NCBI GenBank assembly: GCA_044892505.1
Contig: CM097882.1
Coordinates: forward strand, 543,430,001-543,494,000
Reading direction: 5' to 3'
Origin: Schmidtea nova
Taxonomy: Eukaryota
DNA length: 64,000 nucleotides
In this document: in pieces, positions 29,355-42,659 of the stretch
How positions within the stretch are numbered: position 1 is the first letter of the stretch
Layout: every line of letters starts with the position of its first letter
Notes under the pieces: generated by a model
The model's database searches: none
The model's input: only the letters and a program-made list of their open reading frames with translations
What the model was told of the DNA's origin: nothing
Program-made: the position numbers and the translations under genes

Positions 29355-32300
29355 TGCACACTTCTGTCTACTTTAGAGGTTGATCGAATAACTCCACAAT
29401 AAAATCAGTCACACAATCGCCGAAACTCTATTAGTTGCTACGGGCAAATTCTCAAGCCTTCGTCAATAATCACATTCCGGAACCTATATTATCTCATATT
29501 TATATAGAAATGAATCTTGATACGGACTGCGACCAGGAAACAGTTGAGATGATAAATGGTATAAATCTCCAGTCTCAATGGGTTGTTCGTCGACGAGAAA
29601 TCTAAGATCCTCTCTAACAACTCCCAGCTGAAATCAGGCAGGAAGTTGACGTCGCAAACGAGACATTGAAGAATGGGATTTAAAACTCGAGCCCCATTCT
29701 CAATTTGGGAAACGGATCAAAAAGACTAAGTGTGATGGCGCGGTAGTTCTCGATGGTCAATCTCAACAGAACATGACTACTCTCGCAAATAGGGTACATG
29801 GTTTGTATTATTATGACACCGACAGGATTGACCCAACAAGGAGAATTATACGGATTACATTCCATACTGGAAATTCAGTCAACTTGGATTTATTCTATTG
29901 ATTTCACCACGTCCGATCCGCCAATCCAAAACGGGCTGGAGTACTCGCAGGTCCAACTTTAATCTCCAGAGAGATGTCTAAAATGTGCGAATGGAAAAGG
30001 TCCATACAAGTTCACAGTGTTTTCTCATTCGGAGAGACAATGTTTCTGGACTATGTATTCGATACAAAGAAGGAGATTTATTACCAATGGTAAGAATTGG
30101 TTTGATTGATAAAATAAATATTTAGTGTTCAAATTGTTAATAAGTTTGAAACCTTATTAAATTATGTTAAATTTACGAATCCACCGCACACATAACCAAA
30201 TAGTAAACCATGAATGGAGAAAAGTATGAGTTTCACAACGCTCCTAGTATTATTACACGAAACTAAATGTATTTTGTAGGGATATAACTCTGTATGTAGG
30301 GAACCAACGCATCAGATTGTTAATATCATCAGCAGACTATAAAATCGCAAAGCCAGGAGTTAGAACACTTAAAACTGAACAATAGACTACTAAAAATAAA
30401 AAACGATGAGATCGAAAGACATTATTTCTTACCATTCCAAATGAAATCACAGATTCTAAAGTCCGAACGGGTACACGTGACTTGGTGGACGTTCAGTTAG
30501 AGATGGATGCCATCAACACTTTCAATTATTTGTATGTGTGATACATTTGATGATATATTTAATGAAGTTGGAACTATCTATAAATGACATAGTGTTGGGC
30601 AAAACTAAGTGCAACAAGTTCTTGTTTAATCGAAGCCGTAACACAGCAAGTAAAGATCGCGCACGAAGTGAATTTGAAATTATCAATAGAAAATACCAAG
30701 TAAAAAAATTAATAATAAATGCATCGAATAAACACGTATAAAATACAAAAGTAACACAAAAACACTAATTACAGAATTTCACTACAGATTTGTAAAAAAT
30801 TTTAAACGTTTTATGGGAGAATCTTTCGACTTCTACAAGTTTAAATAATAAAATGTAAAAAATATATTTTAATAAAAATTTATTAAATTTCGATAAAATA
30901 GTAAAAACTTTAATTTATAAAATTTCACAATAAAATAAATTTATTTTGTAATTCTTATAAAATTTTACGCAAAATTATAATCTAATTTTTAATAAAATCA
31001 AAAAGTTATATTTAGAAAATTCGACCTAGAAAATTTGCTTAATTCATCAATACAAATAAGCAGTGAAAATCGAAGTATAAGCCACTGTCGAAATAAAATC
31101 TCTTTCTTAACTTCCTAAATCTCACATTCAATTTGGTAAAAAAAGCAACAAAGCTACTTCGACATTCTCAAGTCCCGCTCTCAGTCAAAACAGAATCAAC
31201 TCAATTCAAACTGGTCGTGTCAACTCCAGGATACCAATCTACAGAAGAAATAATTTAAACCGAGAGTTTTATTCCGGTTAATTTAAATCTGAAATGTAAA
31301 AATGGCTTTTATATCAGCGTATGGAACATTGGATCATGCCCCGGATAGTTACATATATGATATTTTTTCTTTTATTATTTGATTTATTGCTTTTAACATT
31401 TTATGATATTGTTTAATTTTTCATTTTGTTTAATATAAATTTCCATTGAATCAAAATTTCAAATATGTCTCTTTTTACCATATAAGTCAATTCTTTCCAA
31501 TAATCTAGATAACTTACTCAAAACACTATTTTAATATAATAGTCTTATAAAATTAAATTTTCTTTTTCATACCTTCCGAAGTTGGTGTTAGTTGCGCGAA
31601 AAGCATGATAGCTTAAGTGGATCATAAGTAAATAGCAGTATGCTATTTACTGATTCCATGTCTCAATAATGGCAACGCTAATCCACCTCCAACACCTCAT
31701 CTTGTACTCTGATTTGCAGGGACGGTGGCTTGGCCAAGTGCAAGATATTGTCAAATTAATAGTATTTTTTTAATTAATTATATCGCATTTTATTTGAATT
31801 TATAATATGGTATTTTTTAAAAAAAAATACATAATAAAACATAACATGCACCTACTTTATAAATTCTAGTCAATATAAACAAAATTAGGATATATATATA
31901 CTTTAGAAATACCTAATTTAGCTAGTTATCTTCGTTAAAACTTAAAGAATTGTCGATTTATTTACCGTTTTCAGACTAATTCTACAAAAATCCCGGAAAT
32001 AACTTAGTAAACACTTAAGTTGGAGTTATTTAAATAGTCATCGAACCTCGAAAACAGTAAAATAAGTTATTGTATCTGTATATTTATATCCCTATCAAAA
32101 AGATTTACGGCGGAAAAAGAGCATAATCGTGATTAAACCGACTAAAATGAAAGCTGAAACGATGAAAGACCTCGAAGGATCAAATTGACTTGACCTTTAA
32201 TTGACAAAAATTAATCAGTGACAGTGCTCATTTGTGATAATTCGACACTGTACAATTATATAACCGTAGAATTATATGTCCGTGTTTAAATGTTGCATTA

Positions 32301-32364
32301 ATAATGCATTGATTTACAGAACTTATAAGTCTACAATTAAATGTATCTAGTTCATACTTATTTT

Positions 32365-33294
32365 CAGAGGCGTATCTATGATATTTTGCGCCTGGGGACG
32401 AATTATAAAATTGGCGCCCCAGCCCCCTCCCCGTTTAATCACATTTTTCTATTACATTAAATAAGGAAAACAATTTAAATTTTAATAAAACATTATATTT
32501 AAAGAAGCAAATTTATAGAAATTATAGTAAATGACCCACTCAGTCACTGTCGTAGACTGGCTTACATAGTCTACAAAAGATTTATTTTTCTTGATTTCAC
32601 TGTCACAAACTGGTCAATTACGCAATCAAAATCTGTTTTTTCAAATGTTTCTCTTTCAACGCTAAGAAGAGCAAGATCGCTGAGACGATCCTGTTCCATT
32701 GACGCACGCAAATGCGACAAAATAAGTTTCAATTTGCTGAACGACCATTCACAGCTTGCAATTAAAACTGCTATTGTTAATTAAATTTGCAGTGAAATTC
32801 GCAGATTCGGAAATATGTCGTTTCCATAAAACACAATAAAACCAAGAAGATCCAAAGGAGTTTCTAGTAGAACTTCATTCCGGTTACTGAGCAGTATTCT
32901 GCAATCTCCAATTTTTGTGAAAAGTTCGTGGCCATTGATGTCCGTGTCGTAGAAATTTTCAAAATCTGTGCAATTTCGATGAATTGCATCGACATCTATG
33001 TCTGATAGAAGAGTCTTAACATCCAGCAGAAACCCAAATTTTGTGTTCAGGTCTTTTAGTCGTGTGCAGACGGAACCAGCTGTACGCAGAATCCGTATAT
33101 CGGCTGGCTGCAGTGGTTGGCAGGCATCATCATCACTGTGGATGGCAGACGTATCAGATGAGACGTCTGCTGAGCCGCTGCAGCGATTTTGTGACCGATT
33201 TATTACCTTTGTTTACTTATTATAATGTAACGTTGTAAGCCTCATTTTGGCGCCCGGGGACATATGTACCCCCGCCACCCTAGCTACACCTCTG
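32365..33294 (-). mobile_element. Internally deleted hAT element with transposase C-terminal dimerisation domain remnant
   Basis: TIRs CAGAGGCGTATCT / AGCTACACCTCTG, 8-bp TSD cttatttt/tttatttt. Minus strand 32571-33050 reads FPNLRISLQI*LT....SCEWSFSKLKLI...LRASMEQDRLSDLALLSVE. Confidence 0.85.
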
Positions 33295-34518
33295 TTTATT
33301 TTAGTTAAATATTCATTAAATTGATATCTTCATTCGAAGGGTCTTGTAACAAAAATTATATACAATTATCGAATAAATTATTAAGTATTTATTTATTGAT
33401 TAATAATGTATTTATAAATTTTTATTTTAATTATAAATAGAATTTTACAGAATAATTATAAGAAATATATTAAAAGCTGGACGAAAATGGGCATTTCACT
33501 TATCGGTCGCCATTGAACCCACTAGATATATTCGGTCAATTATAGTTTCAACCCATTGAAAGTTCACGTTTTGCGAATGTCCACCCAATTCCAACGTTAC
33601 TAGAGACAGATAACACGGTGATTTTTATAAGGTTTATATGTAGGGTTGTTGAGGAATATAGCCATAGTGACAGTTAGGGTTATTTTGTTTACCAGCAACC
33701 CATCAATATAATAGAGTAGCTACTTATGATTTGAATCTCAATTGTACGAGACGATTGAAAATCTTGAAGATACCAGAGGCCTACATGTTACTGATTTGAT
33801 TCCAGTCATTTCTGTTACTAAACAGAAAATCAAAAATTAAATTTTCTCATGTTTGAATGTTTTTTAGTGATCAAATCAAATTGATTTATACCGAACGAAT
33901 TGCTACTATTGTGCAAAAAAATGTAATTCTAGTGTATGAGATTTTTTGATTCAATGTAAGTCAAACAAGATGGGTTTCAGATTTATTGGCAGAACATTTC
34001 TTAAATGCAGTGATGCAAATTTTCTCAGCTAATGATACATATTGGATCAGATGAATAGAAAATCTTTAGACCATTCTATGATCTTGAGCACCAATATAAG
34101 CAGTGATCTACTGATCCAGTTCTTGTAAAACATTTCTTAATTATAACACTGAACACAAAAGATTTTCTTAAATAAAAGTATCGAAAATAATTGCCAAGTC
34201 ATGCATCCGTTTCGCTATTTTTGATTTCTTTAGGACACTCGACGAATGCATTTAACGCATTGGTCATAGTGAATACATTCAGACCATTTTAGAAATAATA
34301 AATCGTGTGGAATAAGAGATGAACTTTTTTTGTTGAACTTTAAAACTGCAAAAAAGTTTAGGAGTATATATGACTGTTCATTTGTCATGAACATAAATCA
34401 ATTTTATTACAATACCTTTTCTAAATTTTGTTTAAATAAAGTTTAAAAACCTGTAAAAGTTATGTGTAATATGTAAAGGTTCAATTTCTATTAGTTGATT
34501 ATATGTTGTGGATGCATG

Positions 34519-35345
34519 TGTTGGGGTTTGTCAAAGTGACTCAAAATTTAAAATTGCAAAAATCACCAAATTAATTAAAATATTAAAACATTAATTAAAA
34601 AATTAATAAAATTTAAAATCAATATCATGGGGGAAATTGGTATGGGTGTGTGCCAAATTATGAGACGAATTCAAATAAATAAAAATAAAATCGATGGGGG
34701 GTCCCCAGAAAGAAATAATTAAAAAATTAAAATATTAATTAAGAATTAATTGGCTAATGGAAAGCCCGAGACAATGGGAAGCCCGAGCCAATGGAGAGCC
34801 CGAGAGCTAATGGGAAGCCCGAGCCAATGGAGAGCCCGAGAGATGAGAGAAACCCGCTCAAGCAAAGTGACAGTTCAATTTGCTCCAAGGATGTGGAAAC
34901 GACGAGAGCTACTAAATTACACTATGACAGTTAATTTGAATCGCGGATTCAAATGTCAAAATTGGGAGGCAGAACAATCAAGCATTAAGGAGGGAGCAAT
35001 ATAAAAACAGAAGCAAATTGCAATGTGCCGCCAGTTGGTCGAAGAGATAAAATTTCAACAAACAGATTGAAATTAGAAGAAGAGTCAGAAAAGGTAGTGT
35101 TGTAGAGTAAAACTTAATTCATTTGTTTGCGCACCAGAAAGGGAGATCTTCCTTCGGGAGACTTATCCCTCGCAGCAAGTGACTTGAAAGCAGTTCAAGT
35201 TAAGTGTAAAAAGACAGTTCTTATATTATTCAATCATTGTGATAAATTGTGATAGTGAAATAAAAGTTATTGTGTTGGGTCAGTTATTTGTTAAAAGAAC
35301 ACCAGGAGTCAGAAATTAGAACCGACTTTAAACAAATACCCAACA
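34519..35345 (+). mobile_element. Solo LTR (827 bp), TSD CATG
   Basis: Starts TGTTGGGG, ends ACCCAACA, flanked by catg on both sides. Contains GGGAAGCCCGAGCCAAT sub-repeats. Confidence 0.85.
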
Positions 35346-37078
35346 CATGTTAAAGGTTCAATTTATGTTCTGTGTTGATTATATGTGGTAGGTGCATAAT
35401 GGTTCCCCCAAATATGTTTATTAAATAAAGAATTAAATTAAAATTCATAAAAAAATTTAAACCAAAAAAAAATCAATAAAAATATGAAAACAGATAATTT
35501 ATGAAAATAAACTACGGGAACAATCTGTGAAATAGAAAAAATAATTTTAACCGAAATAAGGAAAAACAAATTGCAGATAAATTAACTACTGAAACTATTA
35601 ACAAAACGTAAAGAAATATTTTAATAAACAAGGAAAACAAAATAAACAGACGTCGCAGTTGTCCACAATCAAATCAAAATTACAATTACGATCCATAATC
35701 AGATCAAGATAAGATTAAGATCTCCAATAAAAGAATAAATACAATTCTCCACCAAATCAAAATATATTTCTCAACCAAATCAAAATTTGGAAAAAAAGAT
35801 TTTAAAAAGAATTATAAGACTACAGTGACCTTATACTGTAAGTACCGTTTTTATTATATGTCTATATTTCGTTTTAAAATAAAGTTGTTTCATTAAATAT
35901 TTTATTTGTTATCTCCCCATACACGCATCTATATAACATTCACCCCAGCTGTCCCGAGACAGTTTATCAGAGACTGGGCTGGACAAATTCTCCCTTACAT
36001 ATCACGATATAATAAACATATTACATTATGGTTTAAAAATGCAATTATTAGAAATGAATAATTTTTACTTAGGAAAATGAATTAACAGTTTGTTTAAATA
36101 TATGAAAGAGTAATTTTTTAGAAAAGGGTACAAACTTTAGAAGATGGGCGTAGAATAAGGGTTTTAAAATTAAAATATTATACAGTATGAAATGGAAGGT
36201 ACAGAATAAATATACAAATGGATCAGATGTCAATGGAAATTCAATAATCAATGGAAAATATCAACTTCAATGACATTATGATTTTAGTGATTCTATATGA
36301 TGATAATTTCCTGTTGATCTTATTTGACTTTTGTTTTGTGATGATAATTATCTATTGTATATTCATGACAATTATGTGATTAAGCTGTGAATATCTGACA
36401 ATTTTTTATGTGATAATTTTTTTTCTGTTACTGTTAATAAAATATTGTTGACAATTAAATTTTGTAATGACAATTTATCAGCATGACAATTAATCATTTG
36501 TGATCTTGCAAACATATTGACATTTTTTATGGTGATGGACAAAATTTAATATAATTTTGAAAGAATATTTTGTTTTGAAAATATTTTATGTAAATTAATT
36601 TTTTAACTATTTGGAAAATGGATTATATTTTCATTTATATTTTAATTCAATAAATTATAAGAATAAAATAATAAAATAAAATAAAATAATACAGATTGTT
36701 TAAATAAATTAAAAATAAATAAATTACTGTTTGTTTAAATAAATTATATTTATGACCTACAAAGGTCAGCAAAATGAAATAATATTCCAAGGTTAAAAAA
36801 TAATTTTTGAAAACAATTCTGTTTTGAAAACAACTCTATTTTCAAAACAATTTCATTCAACTCAAGAAGCAAAATAACAATCATTATTGAATATTAAGTG
36901 CCTTAAAATTTAATATATAAACTGAGTGATTTTTCAGTCAAATCACCCATAAGATCTTTGCGTAAGAAGAATTTCATAGTTGTTATCGACTATTGAAATA
37001 ATAATTTCGAGCGTACAAGATATCGAGCTCAGAAGGCATTCACACATACACACGCATACATATATATACACATTAAAA

Positions 37079-37560
37079 CAGTGTTGTCCAAACTTTTTTG
37101 AGCCACGGCACACTTGGCTGAATTAAAAATTTTCGCGGCACACCTAAATTTTTTTTGGTTTATTTGCAATTTATTTGCACTTTTACTAATCTTTTAATAA
37201 GAAATGAAAAACTTATTTACTTGAAATAAATTTAATATAAAAAATTTAAAATTTAGAAAAATTAGTGAATGAAAAATTCATAAAACATAGTTAATGAGAT
37301 TTATGTGCTTGATGTTCCGAACAAATAAGTTCCAATCGTGGTGGAATTTTTGACAAACATTTCTTAATTCTTGATCAATGTTAACCATACGTTCCCGCTT
37401 CTTTGATTTAATTGTAGTTAGAGTTGAAAATCCCAGTTCACAGAGATAAGAAGAACCAAATGATAATAATATTTTAATTGCCTTCTTACTCAAATTTGGA
37501 TATTCGTCTTTAACAAAAACCCAAAATTCAGACAATTCAGACAGAATCTAAATAAACATA
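37079..37560 (-). mobile_element. hAT (Charlie/Buster-type) 3' fragment
   Basis: SEFWVFVKDEYPNLSKKAIKILLSFGSSYLCELGFSTLTTIKSKKRERM (37278-37535) plus terminal CAGTGTTGTCCAAACTTTT at 37079. Confidence 0.8.
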
Positions 37561-37982
37561 ATTAAGCTGCTTACGTATTTTAGATAGTCAATATTTCTAG
37601 TAAGAAATATAAATATGATTGTAAACAAATAAATTTCGCACTTAATTGACTGATTATCATTTGAATTTCAAATAACTGTTAAAATATTCACAATTCAATT
37701 TCCTTTTATTAAGTTGTTTGGAAAAACAGGGGCACACATGATTAAAGGAACAATATTGTGAATCTGTAATAATTTTTTTAGGTAATTTGTATTTGTTGTA
37801 TTTGAATAAATTCTTTGAACCAGTGTTATCTTATTTATTTATATAAGATACCAAGTTGAGATTCTGGGAACCTTCACACAAAGTAGAAATAAGCAACCAA
37901 GATGCAAATTATCAGTAAACGAAAATTAAATCTACTCCACAAAATCAAACGATAAGTAGTCAATTCATGTTGAAAAAAATCT

Positions 37983-38790
37983 TGTTGGGTTATTAGTATT
38001 AAGTCGGTAGTTTCTGACTCCGGTGTCCTCTTTCAATTACAAAATAAACAAAACCCAACACAATAACTTTCTTTATTTTTCAAATGATCACAACTCTTTT
38101 TATCACAAAAAGTTACTCAGGTTCTGCACTCTTCGCGTGAGGGTAGAACACCCAATGGGATATCTCCCTCTCTGATACGCAAAAGATTAAGTGTAAATTC
38201 TACTTTTGATTTCCTTTCAACGTCTCCTTCAAATATCTTCTAACGGTTTGCTTCACTTTACGCCTAAAATTTATCTTCGACCAACTGGCAATTTCGGCAC
38301 TTTGCTCTCCGTTTATATACTACTTTTTGTTGTCATCCTGTCGGCTTAATTGGATCTGTCGAAAATGAAATAATTAAATTTGTTTGACCGCCGCCTAATT
38401 GAGTTTCGCCGCTAATGGTTTTTCGTCTCTTCCCGGGGCATTAAATTTATTTCGATAATTAAATGATTTTGTTGATGCCCCAAGTTTCCCACATCGCTCG
38501 GGTTTCCCATTGGCTCGGGTTTTCCATTAGACGATTAATTATTTTTAATTAATTTGTATTTTCTTAATTTATCTTTCTGGGGGTCCTATTTCAATTTTAT
38601 ATACCCATATTTGAATTCGTCTCATCATTTGGCATCTTCCCATACCAGTTTCCCCCGCTCAAACTTTATTTTAATTTTTTATAAATTTTTAATTAATGTT
38701 TGAACATTAATTATTATTTTTTCAATTTTTATATTTTTATTGATTTATGCAATTTTAAATTTATTTTCTGTGATTTTCACAACCCCAACA
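37983..38790 (-). mobile_element. Solo LTR (808 bp), TSD ATCT, same family as 34519-35345 in inverted orientation
   Basis: TGTTGGG...CCCCAACA termini, atct on both sides, and reverse-complement sub-repeats CTCGGGTTTCCCATTG. Confidence 0.82.
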
Positions 38791-38848
38791 ATCTGTTAAT
38801 TAATACTTTGCTTATCTCACACGTTATTTCATTATATATTATACATAT

Positions 38849-39383
38849 TGTTGGGGTTAGTATAAAAAGCACGAAAGTAACAAGAAATATCAAAATAAAT
38901 AAGTGCAAAAAATTAATTAAAATTTATCAAAAATTTAAAATTAATATCCATCGGGGGAAATGGGTATGGTTGAATGCCAAATCAAAAGACGAAGCCAAAA
39001 ATAATAACAGAAATTTAGTAAGAGGTCCCCAGAGAAAGTTATATAGTAAAAACAAACTAATTAAAATTAATTAATCGCTCAATGGGAAACCCGAGACAAT
39101 GGGAAGTCCGAGGCAATGGGAAACCCGAGACAATGGGAAGTCCGAGGCAATGGGAAACCCGAGCGCAGTAGAGACCCGAGAGATCAAAGCCAGGAGATTG
39201 CGCAGGGCAATTAGAGAAAAGCCACCCTATCGCAATCACAATAATTTGTTTTTAAATCAATTAAGCCCGAGATTGGGTAACTTTTAGTTATTGATAAAAT
39301 TAAATTGTCATTTGCGAGAGGTATAAAAGTGTTCTGTGTTGGGTTCATTGATTTCGATAATTAAACAGAACAATAACCCAACA
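38849..39383 (+). mobile_element. Solo LTR (535 bp), TSD ATAT
   Basis: Starts TGTTGGGG, ends ACCCAACA, atat flanks, GGGAAACCCGAGACAAT sub-repeats. Confidence 0.85.
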
Positions 39384-40465
39384 ATATTATAATGGGAATA
39401 GAATCATTTTGTAGACTTTAATATAAATCTGCTTGCACAAATCAGTTCTTTATGTACATGTATTGTATAAGTGGCGACATTAAATTTTATACCAATCACT
39501 GTATATGCAGTATACGACCACAAAAGTGTGAACTTAGAATCTATCTAAAATATATGAATGAAAAGAATTTTGGAAAATAAGATAAAATATTCAATACAAA
39601 GAATTTTAATATTTGAAGCCAAAAATTCGAAAATTGCGATTTAAATAAGCTAAAATTTAAATTTGTTCAAAATAATTTAAAAAAATAACAATAAATAAGC
39701 AAATTTAAATAATAGAAATTCAATTAAAATTTATTTCTTGAAAAAATAATAGTAATAAATCATTTATCGTAAAAATACATAACAAATAGTACATTTTCAT
39801 GAGATCGCATAAAATAAAAATATTGCACAATATTAACTCGAATCCATCTGCTGAAAAATAAAAATAAATTAAAAATAAAACAAATTAACTATCAAAAATT
39901 TATATTTTCCATTTTTAAAAATGTTATGTCGAACCAATGCAAAATTATAAATGGACAAATAGTTTACTTCGGTACTCATTTTTGTCAACTTTAAAAATAG
40001 ACACCTGTGACACTTATTTAGGTTTTTAAGAAAATCCTTATTACATCATTAAAAATTCTTTAAATAACGTCTGAATAATTTTCAGTCTAAATTGCTTTAC
40101 AAAATCAAATATTATTTCTTAAAATCTGATTTCTTGACTTCCATATCTTTTAATATTAAAATCAATTAACAATTTCATCACTTTTTACTCAAAAATATTA
40201 ATTAAATCAATATTCATAATGATAATTGCGAGATAGTGTCACTCAAGGTTCCATAGGAAAAATTGAACATTTGAAAATACTAAGTGCTTGTTGCTATTTT
40301 TCCTTTTTAGGTGTAGATCAATAGTTTTCATTAAAACTTTTAATTTAAGGATCATTTAGAGGTCCCTCAAGGCTAGTATACAGTCAGTACAATATATGTA
40401 GCAATATGTCAGTTTTCAATAAACATTGTTTTTCTTGTAAAATCTGCAAAGTAAGCCAGACGATG

Positions 40466-41158
40466 TTAAAAAGGCCATTGTTTGAAAGAATTTATCAAAA
40501 TCTTTGAAAAAAATTGAACGGCCAAATAATAATTTTTATTCCTAGCAACCAATTTGTCCTTCATAACAGCATCAATGTCAATCATCAAATGAAAGGCCAA
40601 ATAAGCAACCAATAGGCCTCCAAATGTTTCATTTATTTGCCAATAAGTGAGCAACTCGAGCCTTTTACCATCAGGCTGCGGCCTGCAATGAACACTACGA
40701 AAAGGAATAGAGAAAGGCTCTCTGAGATTTGTTCGGCTATTGATTTGAGACCAAGAAAACCAGCACGCTTCAGGGATTTGTATAACGTTGTTGAGTTGTT
40801 TATTTGCACCATGAATAAATGGTATCACACCAGGCACAGTGAAACATTTTACGCAATCATAATCTCTTTTTATTACTTTTGCGGTGCACATCTTTGTAAA
40901 TATGACCAATGATTTAGCTAAATCCGTCCTCAAAGACACTTCTGAATCGTTGTAAATTGATATTAGAATAGTCAATAATGATGATGAAATGTTGCTGCTG
41001 TTTTCTGAATATCGTCGGCTCTGAATATACATCATGGCTTTTTGAAACGTTTCAAAATTTTCATCAGGTTCAGGTGATTCTGTATAATCGGGAAGAGGCC
41101 ATTCATCAAATTCTATATAATCTTCATTTTTGTATCTCAAATTTCCAGCCAAAATCAT
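40466..41158 (-). CDS. Uncharacterised 230-aa single-exon ORF
   Basis: ATG-initiated, stop-free 693 nt in very AT-rich DNA with normal amino acid composition. No family recognised. Confidence 0.5.
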   Translation of the reverse strand: MILAGNLRYKNEDYIEFDEWPLPDYTESPEPDENFETFQKAMMYIQSRRYSENSSNISSSLLTILISIYNDSEVSLRTDLAKSLVIFTKMCTAKVIKRDYDCVKCFTVPGVIPFIHGANKQLNNVIQIPEACWFSWSQINSRTNLREPFSIPFRSVHCRPQPDGKRLELLTYWQINETFGGLLVAYLAFHLMIDIDAVMKDKLVARNKNYYLAVQFFSKILINSFKQWPF

Positions 41159-41385
41159 AAATCCATTGAATTATTCAAAATCATCAAAATAGAAAAATAA
41201 ATTGTTCTCATAAATCCACAAATCAATTAATATTCATAATAATTCCAAAATCCATTAATCCGATCATACATTTTTAAAAAAAAACCCAATCCCAAAACTC
41301 CAAACTCACACGATAAAACAAAAACTCCAAAATCTAAATAAAATTAACTAAAATCAATTTCACCAAAAAATCCAAATTACCCAAA

Positions 41386-41533
41386 CGCACACAGACGCTG
41401 ATAGCAGAAATATACAAACTACGCGCACACAGACGCGATATAAAATAAATATTTAGCTACGCACACAGACGCAGTACAAATTATTAACTACGCACACAGA
41501 CGCAGTACAAATTATTAACGCGCACACAGACGC
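41386..41533. repeat. Five exact copies of CGCACACAGACGC with variable spacers
   Basis: Copies start at 41386, 41424, 41460, 41491, 41521. Confidence 0.85.
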
Positions 41534-41585
41534 GAGACCATGTCAAGTTAGAAACCACCACTAATAATGCATTAATAAAGGAAAT

Positions 41586-41849
41586 TTGAAGCTGTCTATT
41601 AAAGAAAGTAGCCTTAAAACAAATACTTTAATTAGTGCAGTAGAAACAGCTTTCCAACAATTGGATCGAGACACACTTGATAGTGTATTCTTAACACTAC
41701 AAACATGTATGGAAAATATCATGATATCAAACGGAAACAACTTTTATAAGATTACTCATATAAATAAAGAAAGACTTCGAAGAGAAAGTCGACTCCCCAT
41801 AAATTTAAAATGTAATGCCGAAGCCGTGGAGAATACAAATTTTTTTTAA
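41586..41849 (+). pseudogene. Tc1/mariner-superfamily transposase C-terminal remnant (DD39D-like)
   Basis: LISAVETAF...TLDSVFLTLQTCM..I...G.N.YKITHINK..L.R...LP resembles the C-terminus of plant-type mariner transposases. Confidence 0.55.
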
Positions 41850-42659
41850 ATATTGAATAACTGAAATAAATGTTACTACTATAAAATTAAAAAAGAACTT
41901 ATTTCTGACTCGCAATTTTTTATTCACCTATTGATCACCTAATTTTAATTGCCCAAGCTTGTTAGAAAGCATTGAGTAACCCCTTTCAACAAGCTATTAC
42001 TTTTGAAAATCGGTCTAACACAAGCGAAGCTATAGCTATAAAAGTTTTATCAAATGGGACAAGTATTATGGAACAAAATTTATGCTTCAAATGTGACAAC
42101 TATTGTGGAACGGAGGTAGTATTTTTTTATTTTTATGTTTTGGATAAAAATGCTAAAACATTCTACAGATAAATTGCAATGATATGATTGCAAGGGATCG
42201 TTTATGCATTAAAGACTTGTTGATGTTAGTAATCTCAACTTGTTCTAATAGTATAGAATCTAAACTATAGATGGCCTGCGGGGTTGATGTCATTTGTTTT
42301 GAACCATAGACTAACAGTGTTCATTGAAAACTGGTGTGTTGCAATATAATTTGTCTGGAGTGCATGCATTGCATACTCATTTTAATAAAAATCGAGTTTT
42401 TGTTTTATATTCACACATTTTGTAAAGCTTTTGCTTTTGTTAAGAAACATCGATGTTTTAGCAACCAGTTTAAATCTGCAAAAGGTAAATTACCTTTTAA
42501 GCCTTTTAATATTTTCATAAGTGTCATGTTGTTGAAAGTATTGAAATATTGATAAATTGAAATATTTATAGAACGCTAGTTCTTTGCTATATTTTTTTCT
42601 TGCTGCATATTTTTTGTCAATGTAATAATATAATTTTTTATTGTAGGGTACGTGACATG

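Noticed and set aside
29500-30100. GC-richer coding-like block
   Set aside because: Interrupted frames and no family recognised.
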